DNA of 25,816 nucleotides from Minisyncoccota bacterium (GTDB lineage Bacteria; Patescibacteriota; Minisyncoccia; Phycocordibacterales; UBA2100): NCBI GenBank assembly GCA_036516595.1, contig DATECE010000090.1, positions 1 to 25,816 of the forward strand, read 5' to 3'. Shown piece by piece: positions 22,214 to 25,816 of this stretch (position 1 is its first letter; each line of letters starts with the position of its first letter). The notes under the pieces were generated by a model. It saw only the letters and a program-made list of their open reading frames with translations, ran no database searches and was not told where the DNA came from. The position numbers and the translations under genes were made by a program.

Positions 22214-22250
22214 GTGCCCACTCCCGCACATGCGGGTTTTCAAATGCATT

Positions 22251-22592
22251 ATGGCGCGTAGTCTCAAAAAGGGTCCCTATGTGGACGAAAAGCTGATGAA
22301 AAAGGTCATTGCCCGCAAACCGAATGCTGGCTCTATCAAGACGTGGGCGCGCGCGAGCATGATTGCGCCAGAATTCGTCGGCTACACATTTGCGGTCCAT
22401 ACAGGACGCGTGTTTGACGATGTCTACGTCTCGGAAGACATGGTCGGTCACCGTCTCGGTGAATTCGCCCCGACGACCAAATTCGTTCGCCACGGCGGCA
22501 AGATGCAGAAGGAGACCGAGCTGGCCGCCAAGGCCGCGGAGATAGCTGCCGCGCAGGCAGCCAAGGCGACCGCCGAGACTGCCAAGAAATAA
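22251..22592 (+). CDS. rpsS: 30S ribosomal protein S19, with Ala/Lys-rich tail
   Basis: [51 protein letters not shown]. Confidence 0.99.
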   Translation: MARSLKKGPYVDEKLMKKVIARKPNAGSIKTWARASMIAPEFVGYTFAVHTGRVFDDVYVSEDMVGHRLGEFAPTTKFVRHGGKMQKETELAAKAAEIAAAQAAKATAETAKK

Positions 22593-22612
22593 TCCGACAC
22601 TACCGACACACT

Positions 22613-23017
22613 ATGAAAGCGCTCCTCAAGAACTATCATCAGTCACCCCGCAAGGTACGACTCGTCGCGGATGTCATTCGCGGCAAATCAGTACTCGTGG
22701 CGCGCGAGGCGCTTCGCTTTTTGGATAAGAAATCTTCCCCCGCAATTGTGAAATTGCTTGAGAGCGCAGTCGCCAATGCACGGAGCACCGGAGCACATGC
22801 CGAGGACCTCTTTGTGAAGACCATCACCGTCAACAAGGGTATGGTGACGCGTCATTTTCGCCCGATGGCCCGCGGTCGTGCTGCACGCTCTGCCAAGACG
22901 ATGAGCATCGTCGCAATCGAGCTTGGCACGGGCGCCGCTCCGAAGGTCGCGAAGTCGGCCCAAGGCCGATCCGCCTCGGGCGGAAAGGCGGCTAAGAAAG
23001 TAGCAAAGGCGGAATAA
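22613..23017 (+). CDS. rplV: 50S ribosomal protein L22
   Basis: QSPRKVRLVADVIRGK, KLLESAVANA, RHFRPMARGRA. Confidence 0.98.
   Translation: MKALLKNYHQSPRKVRLVADVIRGKSVLVAREALRFLDKKSSPAIVKLLESAVANARSTGAHAEDLFVKTITVNKGMVTRHFRPMARGRAARSAKTMSIVAIELGTGAAPKVAKSAQGRSASGGKAAKKVAKAE
22955..22984. repeat. 30-bp double-hairpin element, in-frame copy in the rplV tail (SAQGRSASGG)
   Basis: TCGGCCCAAGGCCGATCCGCCTCGGGCGGA. The first hairpin carries a compensatory TCGGCC/GGCCGA pair. Confidence 0.85.
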
Positions 23018-23021
23018 TTAT

Positions 23022-23693
23022 ATGACACACACAGTACATCCCTACGCACATCGCCTCGGCATCATCCGCGATTGGAAATCGCGCTGGTTCGCAAAGACGC
23101 CGGCCGACTATCGCATGAACGTGATGATAGACGCGACCATCCGCCGCTTCCTCAAGAAGCGTCTTCGCGGTATGTACATCACCTCGGTTGAGATAGAGCG
23201 CACCCAGAAGAGCATCCGCATCACCCTCAAAACGTCGCGTCCCGGCCTCGTCATCGGCCGTGGTGGCGAAGGAAGCCAGAAGCTCACCAAGGAAATTGAG
23301 ATCAAGATACGCGAATCGGTCAAAAACGCGCCCAAGACAGCAGTCCGTCTCGATATCGAAGAGGTCCGCTCGCCCGAGAGTCAGGCGCCGGTCGTCGCAT
23401 ACATGGTCGCCGAAGGTCTCGAGAAGCGCCAGACGTTTCGCCGCGTACTGAAGCAGACGGTAGAAAAGGTGATGGCCAATCGTGACGTGCAGGGTGTGCG
23501 CATCGGGATAGCTGGTCGTCTCGGCGGCGCCGAGATGTCGCGCTCCGAGGAAATTAAACGCGGCCGAATTCCGCTCCAGACGCTGCGCGCTGACATCGAC
23601 TTTGCGCGCGAACAGGCATACCTCCCGTACGGCGTCATCGGCGTCAAAGTGTGGATTTATCGCGGCGATATTTTCGACGAGAAGCAGAAATAA
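23022..23693 (+). CDS. rpsC: 30S ribosomal protein S3
   Basis: VHPYAHRLGIIRDWKSRWF, SRPGLVIGRGG, IAGRLGGAEMSRSE, GRIPLQTLRADIDF. Confidence 0.99.
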   Translation: MTHTVHPYAHRLGIIRDWKSRWFAKTPADYRMNVMIDATIRRFLKKRLRGMYITSVEIERTQKSIRITLKTSRPGLVIGRGGEGSQKLTKEIEIKIRESVKNAPKTAVRLDIEEVRSPESQAPVVAYMVAEGLEKRQTFRRVLKQTVEKVMANRDVQGVRIGIAGRLGGAEMSRSEEIKRGRIPLQTLRADIDFAREQAYLPYGVIGVKVWIYRGDIFDEKQK

Positions 23694-23699
23694 ACGTTT

Positions 23700-24122
23700 A
23701 TGTTGGCACCGAAGAAAACCAAATACCGCAAATGGCAGACAGGCCGGCGCAGAGGAGCGCGCCGCGTCGCGCCTGAGACGCGCGGCATCGCGGTCGCTTT
23801 CGGTAGTTTCGGCCTGAAGGCGATGAGCCAAGCACGCATCACGTCGAATCAAATCGAGTCTGCGCGCCGCGCGCTCACGCGATCTGCCGGCAAAAGTGCG
23901 AAGATATGGGTACGCATCTTTCCGGACAGGCCATTTACGCGGAAGCCCGCTGAAGTGCGCATGGGTAGCGGTAAAGGCGATCTCGCAGGCTACGTCATCG
24001 ACGTGCGGCCGGGCCGCATCCTCTTTGAAGTCGACGGCGCACCAGAAGCGGCTGCTCGAGAGGCCCTCAGGAAGGCGGGGACAAAGCTGCCGGTGAAAGT
24101 GCGTATCGTCACCCGTCAATAA
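23700..24122 (+). CDS. rplP: 50S ribosomal protein L16
   Basis: MLAPKKTKYRKWQ, ITSNQIESARRA, WVRIFPDRPFTRKPAEVRMGSGKG. Confidence 0.99.
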   Translation: MLAPKKTKYRKWQTGRRRGARRVAPETRGIAVAFGSFGLKAMSQARITSNQIESARRALTRSAGKSAKIWVRIFPDRPFTRKPAEVRMGSGKGDLAGYVIDVRPGRILFEVDGAPEAAAREALRKAGTKLPVKVRIVTRQ

Positions 24123-24126
24123 ATAT

Positions 24127-24330
24127 ATGGAAGGACTTGAAAAACTCAACGTGGAAGATTTGCAGAAACTCGTCGCCGAGAAGCGCGAAGCACTGCGCGT
24201 GTTCCGTTTCGAAGGCGAGGGAAGTCGCACGAGGAACGTGCGCGCGGGGAGGACACTCCGCCGCGAGGTAGCGCAGGCGCTTACCGAGCTGAGGAAGCGG
24301 ACGATTGCGTCATCTGCCAAAAGCGCGTAA
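24127..24330 (+). CDS. rpmC: 50S ribosomal protein L29
   Basis: 67 aa, position after rplP, LRVFRF...RTLRREVAQALTEL. Confidence 0.93.
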   Translation: MEGLEKLNVEDLQKLVAEKREALRVFRFEGEGSRTRNVRAGRTLRREVAQALTELRKRTIASSAKSA

Positions 24331-24347
24331 AGTGCTCACTCTGACAT

Positions 24348-24590
24348 ATGGAAACTAAGACCAACACAGGAAAAACATTTGAAGGCGTCGTGGTGAAGTC
24401 CGCGATGAAAGACACAGTCACCGTGCTGGTGGAGCGCTACGTGAAGCACCCCAAATACAAGAAGTACATGCGCCTCTCAAAAAAATTCCTCGTGCACGAT
24501 GTGGGAAATACCGCCGAGGTCGGTTCCAAGGTGACCATCCGCGAAACTCGTCCCATCTCCAAGCGCAAACGCTTCGAGCTCGTAAAATAA
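24348..24590 (+). CDS. rpsQ: 30S ribosomal protein S17
   Basis: GVVVKSAMKDTVTVLVERYVKHPKYKKY, VHD, ETRPISKRKRF. Confidence 0.99.
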   Translation: METKTNTGKTFEGVVVKSAMKDTVTVLVERYVKHPKYKKYMRLSKKFLVHDVGNTAEVGSKVTIRETRPISKRKRFELVK

Positions 24591-24594
24591 TCAT

Positions 24595-24966
24595 ATGTTG
24601 CAGGATAGAAGCTTGGTAAAAATAGCGGACAATTCGGGCGGTATCATCGGCCGTATCTTCAAGATATTGGGCGGCTCAAAAAAGCGCTACGCGGAGATAG
24701 GCGACGAGGTCGTACTCTCCATCCAGACTGCCCAGCCGCGCAAGGCCGTCAAGAAGAAAGACATTCATCGTGCGGTCGTCGTGCGCCAGACCAAGAATTT
24801 CCGCCGCAAAGACGGCTCGTACATCCGCTTCGACGAAAACGCCGTCGTGCTCGTAGAAAAAGGAAAGAAGGAGCCCAAAGCCAACCGCGTCTTCGGCCCC
24901 ATCCCGCGCGAAGTCATTGACCGCGGATACCAGAAGATAGGGTCCCTCGCGCCAGAAATCCTCTAA
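24595..24966 (+). CDS. rplN: 50S ribosomal protein L14
   Basis: VKIADNSG, RYAEIGD, AVVVRQ, DGSYIRFDENAVV, RVFGPIPRE. Confidence 0.99.
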   Translation: MLQDRSLVKIADNSGGIIGRIFKILGGSKKRYAEIGDEVVLSIQTAQPRKAVKKKDIHRAVVVRQTKNFRRKDGSYIRFDENAVVLVEKGKKEPKANRVFGPIPREVIDRGYQKIGSLAPEIL

Positions 24967-24971
24967 CATAT

Positions 24972-25052
24972 ATGAAATTAAGAAAAGGCGACCCCAGTAC
25001 CACAAGCCCTTCGGGCTTGGCTACGGGGCAGGCAACCGAGAACAAAGTATGA
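24972..25052 (+). pseudogene. 26-codon mini-ORF: duplicated, hairpin-interrupted copy of the rplX 5' end
   Basis: MKLRKGD-PSTTSPSGLATGQATE-NKV*, versus MKLKKGDKV in rplX. The first 21 nt match rplX at 18/21. It contains the hairpin caagccc-ttc-gggcttg, and its stop overlaps the rplX ATG (ATGA). Confidence 0.55.
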
Positions 25053-25360
25053 AATTAAAGAAAGGAGACAAAGTAATCGTAATATCGGGCAAATCCAAGG
25101 GTGAGACGGGCACTATCGTCCGCGCCATGCCGGCGGAGGGCAAAGTGCTCATCGACGGCATCAACCTCGTCAAACGTCATCGACGCGCGACGGCGGCGAA
25201 CCGCAAGGGACAGATTGTCGACAAGCCGATGCCGCTCGAAGTGAGCAACGTACAGCTCGTCGACCCAAAGACCGGTAAGCCGACCCGCATTCGTATCACA
25301 CGTGGCAAAGATGGTGAGCGCGTACGCGTCGCGGTAAAGAGTGGGCAAGAGATCAAATAA
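25049..25360 (+). CDS. rplX: 50S ribosomal protein L24
   Basis: MKLKKGDKVIVISGKSKG (KOW motif), IDGINLVKRH, SNVQLVDPKTGKPTRI. Confidence 0.99.
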   Translation: MKLKKGDKVIVISGKSKGETGTIVRAMPAEGKVLIDGINLVKRHRRATAANRKGQIVDKPMPLEVSNVQLVDPKTGKPTRIRITRGKDGERVRVAVKSGQEIK

Positions 25361-25364
25361 ACAT

Positions 25365-25816
25365 ATGAACGCAACAACGACAAAACACACTGCCACGTTT
25401 GACGCTCTGAAGGGCGATTTCGGTTACACGAGCACCATGCAGGCACCTCGTCTCACCAAAATCGTCGTCTCGACCGGCGTCGGCGCCAAGCACGACGCCA
25501 AGAAGCGAGTGGTCATTATCGACCGACTCAGCCGCATCACCGGACAGGCACCGGCCGAGCGTGGCGCCAAGAAATCAATCGCGTCCTTCAAACTACGCCA
25601 AGGTGACATCGTCGGCTACCAAGTGACGCTCCGCGGCAAGCGCATGCAATCCTTCTTCGACAAGCTCGTGCACATCGTGCTCCCGCGCGTCAAAGACTTC
25701 CGCGGCATTCCGCTTAGCGCCATCGACGAGATGGGCAACATTACGCTCGGGGTGAAGGAACACACCGTATTTCCCGAGACCTCAGACGAAGATGCAAAAG
25801 ACGTGTTTGGCCTTGC
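25365..25816 (+). CDS. rplE: 50S ribosomal protein L5 (3'-truncated by window end)
   Basis: MNATTTKHTATFDALKGDFGYTSTMQAPRLTKIVVSTGVG...ITGQAPAERGAKKSIASFKLRQG...VTLRGKRM...IVLPRVKDFRG. Confidence 0.97.
   Translation, partial: MNATTTKHTATFDALKGDFGYTSTMQAPRLTKIVVSTGVGAKHDAKKRVVIIDRLSRITGQAPAERGAKKSIASFKLRQGDIVGYQVTLRGKRMQSFFDKLVHIVLPRVKDFRGIPLSAIDEMGNITLGVKEHTVFPETSDEDAKDVFGL

Noticed and set aside
6133-22984. CRISPR array or IS element as the explanation for the 30-bp repeats
   Set aside because: The copies are dispersed over kilobases inside genes rather than regularly spaced, and no cas or transposase ORF is visible in the window.
22992-24320. 442-aa minus-strand ORF
   Set aside because: Antisense to rpsC-rplP-rpmC, an expected by-product of GC-rich codon bias.
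1-25816. Alternative genetic code (TGA = Gly, as in Gracilibacteria/Absconditabacteria)
   Set aside because: Conserved genes read through with no internal TGA, and TGA ends full-length genes (CYTH, SagB, YcaO). Standard code 11 fits.

Overview
The window looks like a Candidate Phyla Radiation (Patescibacteria/Parcubacteria-like) chromosome segment. This is inferred from the SD-less ribosomal protein genes, Lys/Ala-rich r-protein tails and typical CPR surface-protein motifs. From 1 to 6 kb are accessory genes: a partial secreted Cys-motif/PKD-like protein, an orphan MbcA/ParS/Xre-like antitoxin, a PH-domain membrane protein, an M23 peptidase with a peptidoglycan-binding domain, a NUDIX hydrolase, a CYTH protein and a VIT1/CCC1 transporter. 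rpsJ (6112-6507) stands alone with its own terminator. About 12.5 kb separates rpsJ from rplC and holds a candidate azol(in)e-RiPP system: ArsR regulator, stand-alone YcaO ending in PHPFP, SagB/ThcOx dehydrogenase, two small membrane-anchored or secreted peptides (hydrophobic leader, HADAP motif, Gly-Ser/Thr/Cys-rich tail) each followed 5 nt later by a paralogous membrane-anchored helical protein, a PRTase-beta-propeller fusion, a TPR protein and several Cys-rich surface proteins. The rest of the S10/spc cluster follows (rplC to partial rplE), broken into separate promoter/terminator units. A 30-bp double-hairpin palindrome (TCCGCCGAAGGCGGATCCGCCTTCGGCGGA) sits in frame inside five ribosomal protein genes and shows compensatory base changes. 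No rRNA, tRNA, CRISPR array or transposase was seen. All assignments come from reading the sequence by eye; no database search was run.
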